A DNA stretch of 64,000 nt from Octopus sinensis (Eukaryota): the NCBI RefSeq assembly GCF_006345805.1, contig NC_043003.1, forward strand, positions 45,198,001 to 45,262,000, written 5' to 3'. Positions 25,286 through 39,575 of this stretch are shown piece by piece. The number at the start of each line of letters is the position of its first letter. Position 1 is the first letter of the stretch. The notes beneath the pieces are model-generated. The model ran no database searches, was not told the DNA's origin, and saw only the letters and a list, made by a program, of their open reading frames with translations. A program made the translations under genes and the position numbers.

Positions 25286-25675
25286 CTACTTATATGCACT
25301 AAATGTATGTTTTTGCCAATGCTTACATCTGTATGCTCGCTCTATAACCGTGTTTACTAGAGTATTTTTAGAAAAAATAATGAAAAATAGCTCAGAATTG
25401 TAGAGAAGACAGAATTTCTTGCCTTTGTCATATGGTATCGGAATTGAGAGAATCAACCATTCTAAATGAAATTGTTCATTGTGGTCTTTTAAATCCCAAA
25501 TCAGTTTGTTGAGACCGGTACTATTCCGTTTATTTCTACCCCTAAATGTTGAGTAATGGATAGAAATTCTTTTAGATAACTCTAACGATGTGCTTCCAAT
25601 GAAAAATCGTACTTTATTACGAGTACTGATTATACACTGGTATATAGAATTTTTAATCTTAGAGTTACTTGACAT
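25286..25675 (-). mobile_element. Penelope-like element GIY-YIG endonuclease domain
   Basis: SIYQ...FIGST...KRISIH...NSTGLNKLIWDLKD...LEWLILS...CLLYNSELFFII...VN...E...RCKH matches the C-terminal GIY-YIG region of Penelope-like elements; flanking element sequence spans about 24960-25900. Confidence 0.85.
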
Positions 25676-26241
25676 AAACTTAATTCTATTGGAATTGACT
25701 TCAGATACAATAACCTTGTTATTAATATTTCTAGATGATTGGATGGTATTAGCTAAATTAATGTCAGTATTAGTAAATGTATTAATATTTAACAGTTTGC
25801 CAATCGTCCTTCAGCAACAACACACCCTGATTAACTCAGTGACTACTACTAAATTCTTGCCACGACAGAGAGGATGTTCTTGAAACTGAGAATTTGAACC
25901 TATAGAAACAATATATACATATCACCTGAGGAAACACAGCTAAATCTCATAATACAGGGAAGCAGTGGCATGATCAAGTACCTGCACGCCTAGAGAACTA
26001 CACTGCGTGAAAACAATTGTAGTGATTACAAAATAAACGTCCCAACGTACTCTTTCTTGCTGACTCCAGTCTTTTCCATTTTCTATTCAGACATGACAGA
26101 TGCCCAAACGCAAGTCCGGAAGTACTTATAATACTACTATTGGCTAGCATGTGGTAAATCGTAAGATGAACGGGCTTTATACTGTACACTACGAAATTTT
26201 TAACAGAATATACCATAACTATAAACATTATATATATATAT

Positions 26242-26401
26242 TCGCAGGCGTTGCTATTTGGTCAGACGTTTGCTTCCCAACTACATTGTGCTGAGTTCAG
26301 TCCGCTGCCTGTTACCTTGGGTGAGTGTATTCTTCTGTAGCCTCGGTCCGACCAAAGTTTTGGGAGTGGATTTAGTAAACGGAAACTGAAAGAACCCCGT
26401 C
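26242..26401 (+). mobile_element. SINE family A, 5' half only
   Basis: Head through GGAAACTGAAAGAACCCCGTC, then (TA)n(TG)n; 3' half absent. Confidence 0.8.
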
Positions 26402-26409
26402 TTATATAC

Positions 26410-26462
<53 letters not shown>

Positions 26463-27513
26463 TACATAGATGCATTTACGTGTGTGTGTGTGTGTCTGTG
26501 TCTGTGTCTATCTGATAGTCTGAATGCATTTGAAATGTATGCTGCAGATTATTGGGTAAAAGATAAAATAGCAAATTTCCATTTTATGCATTGTGCAATT
26601 ATCTGAAACGTACGTATTAAATGTATTGCGCCAAAGGCTGGGGTCATGTTTAAACACCCCCTTTCAGTGTGTTTCAGTTTTCTTTCTGATCTCTTTCAAT
26701 TTGAAGCTGAGAATTTGGACGGAGCCGCTCTTCTTTGTGCTTACTGCCTCGATGTGCGTTCATCTGGTACTTCAGATAAAAATTTGTTCAGACGCTCTTT
26801 GAAAACCTCCACAACTAAACCTCTCAAATCTCTTCCTACGCATATATAATTTTTAGTCTTAGAGTTTTATTTCAAATCTATTTTTCATTCCTTATAAACC
26901 AGTTCACCTCCAACACAGTTATAAGTGCATAAATATTTCGTAGATAAAGTGTGTCCCCTCTCGTTTACAGTAATGAAATACAATCCACTTTTTAACTGAA
27001 TGACTAACCGTCATGTTTATGACGCAATGGCCAGCTTTGTGCCATTTCGTATAATAAATGATGCTAGCAGTAAACATTACGAAGTAGAGAAATTCGTTAT
27101 TCAGTAGAAGAGATTACTGGTGTTTTTGTTATCTTTTGTTTTTATTATTTTTTTGTGTGTGTTGTTTGCCGGCGAGTTTGAGGTGAAGGCTTTAAACAAG
27201 TTCACATTTTATAGTCTCTTGTGGCTACTTAAGTACTGGCTCCATGCCTAAACAGAAGTAGTTAACATATTGATATACTCTACGAGAAAACGCAAGCCTG
27301 TCCAAGCAGTGTGTTGTTGCTCAACTAGAAATAGCAGCCATTGCACCATCAATTCATTTACTGAAAACGCCTTACAAAGAAAAGTAACACGAAAGAAACT
27401 TTATGTAAGTCATCTCTAAAATCATTAGTTCGTGCCTTAATAAAACCTCCGACATAAATGTACATTAGCCTAATGCAGCGCACCACCACTTCACCACATA
27501 GCTAGACAGATAT

Positions 27514-27649
<136 letters not shown>

Positions 27650-27749
27650 CATGCGTGTGCGTGTGTGTACACACGTGTATACTCACATACACATACACAC
27701 CAACACACACATACACATACGCGCGCACGCACGCACACGCACACGCACA

Positions 27750-27815
<66 letters not shown>

Positions 27816-28328
27816 CTCATAATAGTCCCACGAGCAGGAACGGAAAACCCTGAATAACAGTTTTTGTGATATTTTAGCAGCTTGAATAAAAGCATACTAC
27901 TCTACCTTTGTTATTTGAGTACTATTTTTTCACCCTTGTTTTGTACTTATGTGCTCACCTATGCGTTTGTGTGTGTTTGTATATATAATATATATATATA
28001 TATATTCACTCATGGATGAAGCTGTCGAATGAAAGAAAAGGACCGAATATATGTACGTATGTTTGCGTGTATGTATGTTTGCCTCTCGGTGTGTGCACGC
28101 GTGTGCGTGTATGTGATTGCCTTGTTGGCTTTGAGTCTTGCTTTTCGCTTCAGTTCTGATGATAACCAAGTTAAGCATGTGAAACAGCTCGGGAACGAAC
28201 ATCGTCTGAATTTAAACTTTGTTTAGTCACCCTTCAGCAAATGTGTGAAAATATGTTTTTGTTTGTTGTGTGTGTGCCCGTTTGGTTTTATGTATGTATG
28301 CATGCATGCTGGGATTCATGTGCTGTTA

Positions 28329-28375
<47 letters not shown>

Positions 28376-28714
28376 AAGAAAGAAAGGAAGATTATACGTT
28401 TGGGTAGATGAAAGTATATATATGTGTGGATGCGTGTAACTGTGTGTATAAAATATATAACGTATGTATATAATGTGTGTGTGGGTACATTTACATACTG
28501 GCATACACACACACATCCGCGCACGGGTGCACTACTCACACACACACACACACTCGCACAAACAAACACACACACACACGCACACACTCGCACAAACAAA
28601 CATACACACACGCACACACTCGCACAAACAGACACGCACACGCACACACACACTGAAACATGTTCAGACTGCTGCTGAAGGGTGATCAAACAAATTTCAA
28701 TTTCAAATGAAGAT

Positions 28715-28756
<42 letters not shown>

Positions 28757-29489
28757 GTGCATATTACATATTTATATATGTAAAAGAATGTGTGTGCGCG
28801 TGTAACATCTTCTACATCTATGTATATGCTTATACGAATTCGTACATCAATACGAATATACAAATGTGTGCGTGTGTGTGTGTGTGTGTACGTGCGTGCG
28901 CGTGTCTACGCGCTAACAGCTGTGTGTTTAATTTTTTGTCGTTCTGTTGACTCATTTATGTCATATTTAACACTTGAACGGTATTTATATTTACATATTT
29001 CAATTTAAAATCCTGATGAAACAGGTTTTGTAGCAAATTGAAATTAATTAATTATGTATTTTATATATTAATGAGATAAATATATGGATGATCATGTTTG
29101 TACTTTTGTAATTTTATCCACGGAACAGCTGCAGGATTTAGGGTGGAATTATGAAGCCTCTGTTAAATATTTGCAGTTTAACAATATCACACACACACAC
29201 ACACGCACACACACACACAAACACACACACACAAACACACTCTCCCACACGCACACAATGTACATGCATACATATACACGCACGCATGTATATATTATGC
29301 ATATATATGCATACACACATACATATGTATGCATGCTTGTATGTATATACCTTTTACTCTTGTACCTTTTAGTTACTTCCGAACATGGAATACCGAACTG
29401 CTAATTTACGAGAACCTGGTGGAGGACCAAAAAAAAAAAAAAAACACGTATGCATGCACACGCGTAAACGCATATATAAACCGGAAATA

Positions 29490-29805
29490 ATTCTGCAGAA
29501 AAACGCCGTGGGCCCCTGTTACAAGTGGGACCTGGCGTCCAGTAGGTTTAAGGAACGTATCTCCTATATGCATGGCCGTAACACCCGAAAAAGAAGCCCC
29601 CACAGACCGTCGTTTGGTTTGCCCCATCCGTCTTGCACAACATTAAGACTTCTGTGAGAAGAATATTCCTTAGGTTAATAGACAAACACTTCATGAAGAC
29701 ACACAGGTACGGACGCTTCTTCAAGAGGCACAACCTAAGTGTGTCCTTTAGTTGTGCACCCAACATGAACAGCATGTTGGCAAACAGTCATAAAACCACC
29801 GATCA
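29490..29805 (+). mobile_element. Penelope-like element RT-to-endonuclease linker fragment
   Basis: NIKTSVRRIFLRLIDKHFMKTHRYGRFFKRHNLSVSFSCAPNMNSML matches the Penelope-type NVKTNIGKIFLKLIDKHF...SYSCMPNM segment. Confidence 0.75.
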
Positions 29806-29849
29806 AAGGCCGGTTGTACATGCAGGAAGTATAATGACTGCCCTGGGAC

Positions 29850-30180
29850 CCCCTTCGGTCATGATTGACCATGGGATTGCACCTAGAAATTTACCCTTCG
29901 AGGCACAAGTCTGGGCAAGGTTGTTTATGGAAGACCAGCAGTCGCCCATGCATGCTGGCCTCCCCTCTCCTCGCCACCAGTGTTATCTAAGAGAAAGGCA
30001 AAGGCCGATGTAGCTTGGCATATGTGATGTCGCAATTCATTTCTATAGCTGAGTGAACTGGAGCAACGTGAAATAAAGTGTCTTGCTCAAGAACACAACA
30101 CGTAGCCCGGTCCGGAATTCGAACTTACAACTTCACGATCGTAAGCTCGACGCTCTAACCACTGAGCCATGCGCCTTCAC
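29850..30180 (-). mobile_element. SINE family C
   Basis: Homologous to 3740-4030; head ends ...ACCACTGAGCCATGCGCCTTCAC on plus. Confidence 0.85.
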
Positions 30181-30788
30181 ATGACTGTCCAGTGTGAGGC
30201 AAATCTGACTCGTATATTAAGCTGTAGTATCCAGCCCTAGCAAACAGAGAAATAGCAGCAGTAGCTCATCGAGTAACATCGACTATAACGATGGGGAACG
30301 GTGGAGGCAGTAATGGTGGCAACGCGTTAAGCGACAGAAACACCAGCTTCCACAGCAACGACCGCAGCACTAATACCAGCGCTACGGCCGGGGATGACTA
30401 CCACGCTAGTACCAGCAGCGTCAGCGAAGCTACCAAGCTACGCCCAGTATTAGGAGTGATGCCATCCACACAACCATCGGCAACAGCAGCATCACCAATA
30501 TGGCCGGGGACGAGTAATGCAGCAATATATCACCAGACCCACGCCTCATAAAAAAAGCAAAGATGACAACTCCAACAACAGCAGCGGCAGCAACAATCCA
30601 GGTGTGATGCCGACAGAAGTTACAACCAGCACTGAACTTCGAAGATATATCGGAACTGCCTTTATACGATACTTATACATACATAAGACCTCTTTTAGCG
30701 TTTCAGAAAGACGTTACGTCACGCTCCTGGCCAGTCATATGTGACACCTGAAAGATGAGGGAACTACATACGAAATTAAATGGAAGAA

Positions 30789-30828
<40 letters not shown>

Positions 30829-30872
30829 CTATACACACACACACATACATTATATAGAGGATAGACAGATAT

Positions 30873-30938
<66 letters not shown>

Positions 30939-31130
30939 TAGAGAGATGATAGATAGAAATATATATAGTATAATATTGTTTATATATTATTTACTGACGC
31001 TACGCATCATTTCCAAGTTATTATATATATACGATATTATATATATATATATACATAATATATATATATAATATAATATATATATATTATATAGAGAGAG
31101 AGAGAGAGAGAGAGAAGAGAGAAAAAGTCA

Positions 31131-31348
31131 AAAAGTGAAAAAACTACAGAAGGCTTGTTTTAAAAGGTTAAAAAATATATATTTGAGTCATTATGTCAGA
31201 AGAATGTTTATAAATGTTTTCATACAATGACATAGTTTTTGAAGAAATGACCGGTTTCGCGTTCAGCTTTTCAAATTTCTGACATAATGACTCAAATATA
31301 TTTTTTTAACCTTTTAAAACAAGCCTTCTGTAGTTTTTTTCACTTTTT
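31131..31348. repeat. Fold-back element with ~71-bp inverted arms and a 75-bp spacer
   Basis: 31131-31201 is the near-perfect reverse complement of 31277-31348. Confidence 0.9.
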
Positions 31349-31418
31349 ACTATTTTCTATATATTCAACCACGTGCTTTCACACACCACTTTCTCACCTA
31401 TATATATATATATAGATA

Positions 31419-31452
<34 letters not shown>

Positions 31453-31453
<1 letters not shown>

Positions 31454-31605
31454 GACGGGCTTCTTTCAGTTCTGTCTAACCAAATTCACTCACAAGTCTT
31501 TAACCGGACAAGGCTATGGTAGAAGATTCTCGCCTAAAGTGCCACGCAGTGGGACTGAATCTGGGAGCATGTGGTTAGTAAGCAAGCTACTTACCACACA
31601 GCCAC
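31453..31605 (-). mobile_element. SINE family A, 5' half
   Basis: CGACGGGCTTCTTTCAGTT...CTTACCACACAGCCAC. Confidence 0.85.
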
Positions 31606-33186
31606 AAAACAGCGGTTTCAAATGTAATAATTCGACAGGAGTTATAAAAGAATTGTGTGATAGAAAGAAAATCAAAGACGCAATTTAGAAAACGTTGAAT
31701 AAAAATAAACATTACAATAATATAACTAATAGTAAACGATTGATATAGTGTAAAAATATTTCAATATTTTCCAGGTATCTAAAAAAACAACTTTGTAATA
31801 ACAAATTCTAAATGAAAACAATTGAATGGAGACAGACAAACCTGTGCAGCAACATATATAAATTTGCTTTGTGATTGACGGCAGTAAATAAAAAATAGTT
31901 TTATGATTGAAGCGTGTACTTGAATCTTCAATAATAATAATGACAAAATACTGAAAAATATTTCTGTGTTAAAATATATTAAAATTTGAATTTTTATAAA
32001 TGTTAAAGAATTTTGTAAACGTTGAAATATTTAATAAATGTTTTCTTTTAGTAAAAGTTACATAATTCGCGCTAACAAGCAGCTTTATCCATTATAGTAT
32101 AGATGTGTGTGAGTATGTATGTATGTATATTGTATAGACACACATAGATATATACACACATACCTACATGCATCATAATATTGTAAGTCAGCATTGAGAA
32201 ATCGTGGTAGTGAGCCGTGTATTTGCATAAGCGCGTGCGTGTATTTTTTATCTGAACTGCCGTAAAATTTACTGAAATCTGTTTTCTTTTAAGGTAAACG
32301 CTTATATCGTTTTACGTAAGCCCTTGTATAAAACCACAATCTCAAAATGCACATGCATATGGGTCTGTAACATATAGAATATATGTTTACATTATATATA
32401 CTCTTAACAATCTGCATAGGGCTATGAATACATTAACAATAATTCATGGATCTTGGCATGTTTATCTGTAATTTGCATACACATATGTGTGATATAATTT
32501 GGCGTCGGGTACCATGAGTTGTACTCATACATTTCTATACCTGCTTATAAACAACATACCCCGATGCAAACACAAAAAAAAATATGCATACATCTGTGAT
32601 TGTGCGGGTATTTATTTATTTCGTGTTTTAGACGCCTGAAATGTATTCTATTTTCGATTGATGTGAAACCCAATATGGAAAGAGTATCGTCTGCATTTAA
32701 AAATTGTTTATTGGTCCGTTAAAGTGACTGTGAATGCATCAGACTTCATTCGTGCTTGTGTGCCACTGAGTTTGTGCGTATGTGTGCGTGTATGCATGCA
32801 TGTAAGCGTTTTTGATTGTAAATCTATGTAAATGAATATGTAATTCTTTGCATACATATGTATATGCGTTTAGAGGTGGATTTATATATATTATATTTAG
32901 ATATAATCAGATTTTCTGTTAGCATAAACGCTCATGTTTTTCATTACACGCTCATGTTTGTTTTTCAAGATAAACATTTGTATGAATACATATATATGTG
33001 ATTGTAAATTTAGTGACTGTGTTTGCACTTACAAAGGGAAGGATATACGTATATATATAAACGAGAGTATGCGCATGTTCTCATGATGTCGTAAAATGCA
33101 TACATACACATATCGTCACACACACACATAGATATTAATCCATATACATGCTCACACATATTTATATTTGAACATATACATGCATA

Positions 33187-33254
<68 letters not shown>

Positions 33255-33798
33255 GCGTGTGTGTGTGTGTATGTGCATGTGTGTGCATAAGCCGAAATAA
33301 AGGAACATTAGATATGTGGTGTATATTTCTTATTTATTGAGAATCAGTTTGTAGTGCCTCCCATTGGTGCTCTACATTTCAAGCACGTAATGTGGACGTA
33401 ATATACGTAAATATTTAGCCTCACTGTGCAAATAGTTCCCTGCGCACTCTCTCCCTCTCTAACTCTCTCGCAATTTTTCTCAGACTCTCTACCTTCCACC
33501 ATCCCTCACTCGCGCACTCACTCAGTCACTTTCTCTATACCACTATCTCTGTCTCTCTCTTTCTGTCTATCTATCTATCTATTTCGATGTAGAAAGAATT
33601 TGGAAAGAATTCCACCGGTGTGGGCTGTGATTATGTAGAAATCATTATTGTTTACTTCATCAGAAGATCACAAACAGAGGCATCCAGAGAGCTGAGATTG
33701 GGGAGAAGAAGTAAAAAGTAAACCTAAGAGGTACCTGAATTATAAAAACATTGTATTCTCATATGTGTGTGGATTCTAAATGCATACGTGTGTGCATG

Positions 33799-33874
<76 letters not shown>

Positions 33875-34104
33875 TAAGAGTCTGTAAAATAATTGGAATA
33901 ACTTCTACTGATTAGTCTTCTGGCCTCTCTTGGTCAGTTTATGTCACATGATTGCTTTGTCTTAAAGAACATCATTCCCTTCGTGGTGTGCACATGTCAG
34001 ATATGATACAGCGTGTTGATATCTGTCAGCTGGCATTTCTGCAGAATAATTTTATTTTATTTTAATTATATTTTATATATGCTCAGTGATCTGCTATCAC
34101 CGTC

Positions 34105-34830
34105 ACTAAAGCTTCCAACTGGGAAGGGTGTGAAACAAAGAGACACCATCTCTCCAAAGCTATTTACCACATGTCTACAAATGGTCATCCAGGTATCATT
34201 TGAAGTGGTGAGTCGTGAACATTAATGGCAATTAACTAACACACCTCGGATTCGTAGAGGACATTGTATTTATCCTTGAATCCACAGTCCAGCGGCAGAA
34301 CCTGCTAACAGACTTGAACACTCAGAACTTAGTCGTAGGTCTTACAATGAACAACACGTAAATAAAGAAGTATGCGAGCGAAAGACGCAGTACAAGGACG
34401 AATAGAGAAGCGATAAAATTGGGGAGGTAATGGAGTATGTCTACTTAGGGCACACTGTGAATATGCGCACATAAATGGAAACCGGGGTCTCAGAAGGGCA
34501 GTGTGGAAGGCATTTAACACAATAAACCATGTGCTCCAAAGGAAGCTATACAATGCCATGCGTACCAGACTCTTCAATAGTACCGTCCTACCTGCGCTCT
34601 TAGACACAAGTGAGACGAAGGGGATAGAACATCGATTGGCTACGACGCAATTGGCCATAGAAAAGTCCATGTTAGGAGTTGCACTAACAGGTCACGTCTG
34701 AGACGGAATGACTCGAGAACGGAGCCGAGTGGCCGATGTTTATCGCAGAGTACCGAAAGCATAAGTTCCGCTGGGGCGGACATATCACAAGGTTCACAGA
34801 TAACAGTTTGACCCGCGCATGCATTTTGTA
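34105..34830 (+). mobile_element. RTE LINE, RT and C-terminal remnant
   Basis: GKGVKQRDTISPKLFT, INGN*LTHLGFVEDIV (LRFADDIV), EYVYLGH, LFNSTVLPALL, KFRWGGHI; several stops and frameshifts. Confidence 0.85.
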
Positions 34831-35115
34831 GGTATTTTTAGAATGCATTAGAAGGAAAGTAACTGGCAGATAAAGTAAAAGAAAATGAGGATGAGAAAAA
34901 AATTGAATGATGCAGAGTGAAAATGGGACAGGGAAGTTAATTAGAGTATAAAGTGTGATAAAAGGAAGAGGCAGATAAAATAGAGAGAAGGAATTAAAAA
35001 TGACACAAAGAAGATTGGAAAGACGGAAAAAAGAAACTAATTTGGACAACAATAATTAGGGCTAAACAAAAGTATAAAAATATACATTTACATATTTTAC
35101 GTGAGATTAATATAT

Positions 35116-35357
35116 ACTCTCTCTTTTACTCTCTTTTACTTGTTTCAGTCATTTGACTGTGGCCATTCTGGAGCACCGCCTTTAGTCGAGCAAATCGTCC
35201 CCAGGAATTTTTTTTTTTTTTTTGTAAGCCTAGTATTTATTCTATCGGTCTCTTTTGCCGATCCGCTAGGTTACGGGGACTTAAACACACCAGCATCGGT
35301 TGTCAAGCGATTTTGGAGGGACAAACACAGACATACAAACATATACACACACATACA

Positions 35358-35410
<53 letters not shown>

Positions 35411-35552
35411 ATATATACGACGGACTTTTTTAGTTTCCGTCTACCAAATCCACTCACGAGGCTTTGGTCGGCCCGAGGCTATAGTAGAAGACACTTGACC
35501 ACGGTGCCACGCAGTGGGACTGAACCCGGAACCATGTGGTTCATAAGCAAGC
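35116..35552 (-). mobile_element. SINE family A, near full length
   Basis: Reverse complement of 55237-55662 with internal (TA)n. Confidence 0.9.
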
Positions 35553-35944
35553 CTATCAGCAAATATATAAATATTGAAATATATAAATAAATACACTCAA
35601 GAGATGAAGAAACAGGAAGAGAGAAGGACAGAAATGCAATGTGAAAACAGATAACAATTGAAAGAGAGAAAGGAAAGAAAGAGATGATAAAAAAGGGCAC
35701 CAGTTAATTGTGAGTTACTAGCAAATTGATTGAAACCAAAGAGATAGGAAAATGAATGTATACTAAAATATTTATAGCTCGTGACCCGACATATGATAAG
35801 TGTTCAATGGTTATCTTCAAAACCACACACACCTTTTCAAGGTATAAAATTATAGATTCATACAATTTGCAAAGTGAAATTTGGAAATAGGTGAGCAAAA
35901 TATGACGTGAGCTATAGATTTGATTAATGACACTCCAGAGCGGT

Positions 35945-36009
<65 letters not shown>

Positions 36010-36149
36010 TCACACCTGCACACACACACTCTCTCTCTCCCTCACACATACACACACACACTCTCTTTCTCTCACACACACACAGACCCTTTCTCTCTCA
36101 TTCTCTCTGTTTCTCATACATACTCTATCTCAACTATCTTAGTGTCCTG

Positions 36150-36220
<71 letters not shown>

Positions 36221-36764
36221 AAAGAAGACAGAACTGGCTTCAAAGGATAAATTTAGAACGACACGGCCCGAACGCAAATCGCGTTTAGCGGAAGCTAAAA
36301 TCTCGAAGCAATCTGTAATGCTATTATAAATCTGGTAGACCACTTACTAAGTAAACTCTTCTAAATGTACTGCGCTCGTGACCCCCTACCCCACCCTCAC
36401 ACATTCTTGTCAATTTAATAGCATATTTACGCACGTACCAAACTTACACACGCATTTAAGTTCACGATGCTTGAATGATTAAGAAGATCCATCACCATCA
36501 TGAGGCCCTGTATACGATCCCAATATTCAAACGAACAATACGTTGTGATTAAACTTCGGAAAATGGAAACTGCATGGAAGCTACATAGGTGAATTTCTCA
36601 CTATGCAAAGCAATGGCTTTCTCTGATTTCGCCTGAGAATTAAGTTTACGCTACAAAGATACGTACGACACTTCTCTGTCAACAATTAATACAAGACCAT
36701 TGACTCGAATAACTGAAAAGTCAATGTCGAACTGCGATGGTGTTGTATACATACATACATACCA

Positions 36765-36821
<57 letters not shown>

Positions 36822-36972
36822 TAAAAACGGTAAGATAACAAAAGAAAGAAAGAGACCTCAATATTATGTAATACATATATATATATTTATATACATATAC
36901 ATATATATATATATAATATATATATATATATATACAATATAATATACATGTATATATATATGTGTGTGTGTG

Positions 36973-37038
<66 letters not shown>

Positions 37039-37611
37039 TATATTTATATGTGTGTGTATTATATTATACATACGTATCGAGACGGAGAAAGAGGAGAGAG
37101 AGATGCACTAATAGAAATGTGCACATACTTATGAAAAAAAAGCATATATATATTTATATATGTGCATATAAATATATGTGTGTTTGTACGAACATATAGG
37201 CGCGCGTACATACACACACAAACACACACACACCACACACACTCAAGCACAGTAATACACACACACACACTCACACATTTTTACACATACGCGCATTAAT
37301 GCGCACAGAGACTTATAATTGTTTCTTACTGTGCGTTATGTGTATGTAAGTAAATGAGGGAAATTTGCCATTGAGAATACCATAACATTTTCATAAATCT
37401 GTTTTTAAAGTAAACGTTTATATCATGTTATGGCAGTCCCAGCAGAAACCCCCAATCTCGCAACCACACGTGGGCTGCGTAATAGATATAAATTATTGTA
37501 TGTTTATGTTATATGTTGTCTACATTTGAATACCTACATGAATAAACTAACAATAATTCATGTCCTTAAACACGTTTATCTGTTATTTACATACACATAG
37601 ATTATATATAT

Positions 37612-37662
<51 letters not shown>

Positions 37663-37671
37663 GTATGTATG

Positions 37672-37735
<64 letters not shown>

Positions 37736-38276
37736 TATATGTATATATGTATCTTGGAGTCGGGTCCTTTGAGTGACGTTCACATTCACTATTACAACTA
37801 TGTGAGAACAATAAGCACATACTAAGCACAAGCTCTCACATACACACGCACACACAAACACACACACACACACACACACAAATTCTCGCAATGTGTGTGT
37901 TCTTTTCTGCGTCTTCGATGTCTCTTTGCGCTTCAATTCAAATGCAAAGCACATAAGTATGTGAGACTGATCATGGAAGGAACATCGTCTGAATTCATAA
38001 TTTGTTTATTCACTCTTCAGCAGATCTAGTGGATGGAAAAGAAGAGTATTTATATCCGAGTGAAAGAATATATATGTATGAATGAATACGTGTATATGTG
38101 TGGACGTGTTTGTCTGTGTGTGTTTGTGTACGTGTGCCTGTGCTTGTGTCTGTTTGGAAATGAAGTTACTATTTCTTCTGTCTTTTTTTCTTGTTTTTTC
38201 TTTTGTAAACTGATACAACTTGGGGCATTACTCGTTTATATTAGTATTTCAGTATTTTTATGTTTGCTTGTCTATA

Positions 38277-38320
<44 letters not shown>

Positions 38321-38481
38321 TATATATATATATATATATCTATATATATATAACTTTATAGATGTATTCTATATGTAGTTCTATGAATATAAGTGTATGT
38401 ATGAAGTTACATACATAGTACACATGCACACCCCCACACATTATATGTATATATATATATTTTAATATATATACATATATA

Positions 38482-38546
<65 letters not shown>

Positions 38547-39289
38547 TAGATAGATAGACAGATAGATAGACAGACAGACAGACAGAAATGTACATAAATA
38601 TGTACATGGTGCGAGTGGGATTTGAGGACACTTAATTATCTGTATATTATTCTCTTCAGACCAATTAAATGTTTTTTTTTTCCTTTCAGATCTCCCGTGG
38701 CAGATGAAATGCTAACACTCGAATGGAAGGCCATCAGTCACTGTTGCCACATGCGCAGAACACAGCCAGTTTGAAATCACCGACTTTTTATCTGTACGTA
38801 CATTTCACATGATTTAGGAAGTCTCTGGTGGGAAGGTTCGCACTGTATCAAAGAGTAATAAATGAAACATGCTAAACGTTCACAAGCTTTAAGTACAGCA
38901 CAGCTTCTCCAAAGGTTTGAAAACGTCTTCGATAAGAATCAATGAAAGAGAAAAAAATGTGGGGCATTGTCAAAAAACAGCTATGGTAGATGAGAACTCT
39001 TCATACAAACCGTAAGTTTTGAGGAAGGACCAAATCGTTTCTTCAAAAACACCAGAAAACTGTTTGATTTGTGCTAAGATCTTACTTAACGGGATTGAAA
39101 ACCCTAACGAGCATGGCATATTTGGTTCTTTTCTGAAGAGAAATAATTCGTCCAAGTCCAAAAGGTTTAGAAAGAGCAGTAAAATATATTTTGCTTTGCA
39201 TTTTTGTATATTTTTCTCCCGTACATATGATACACGCTCTGTCTACCTCAACTGAGATAGTCTTAATACTAGTGACGGAGGCTTTGTGA

Positions 39290-39548
39290 AACCACCTCAG
39301 GTGGCGAACCCTGCTGTACTCTTTCGCCACAACTTTCTCTCGCTCTTTCTTCCTGCTTCTGTTGTACCTGTATTTCAAAAGGCCGTCCTTGTCACACTCC
39401 GTGTCAAGCTGAATCTCTCCGAGAACTACATTAAGGGTACACGAGTCTGTGGTGTACTCAGCCATTTGTACGTTAATTTCACGAGCAAGCTGTTCAGTTG
39501 ATTGGATCAACTGGAACCCTCGTCATTGTAACCGACGGAGTGCTAGCA
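39290..39548 (+). mobile_element. SINE family D body and tail
   Basis: CCTTGTCACACTCCGTGTCAAGCTGAATCTC...CAACTGGAACCCTCGTC...ACCGACGGA is homologous to 3350-3520 reversed. Confidence 0.8.
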
Positions 39549-39575
39549 TGTATATATATATATATATATATATAT

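Noticed and set aside
39082-39510. 142-aa minus-strand ORF
   Set aside because: It overlaps SINE family D in antisense and has no recognisable domain
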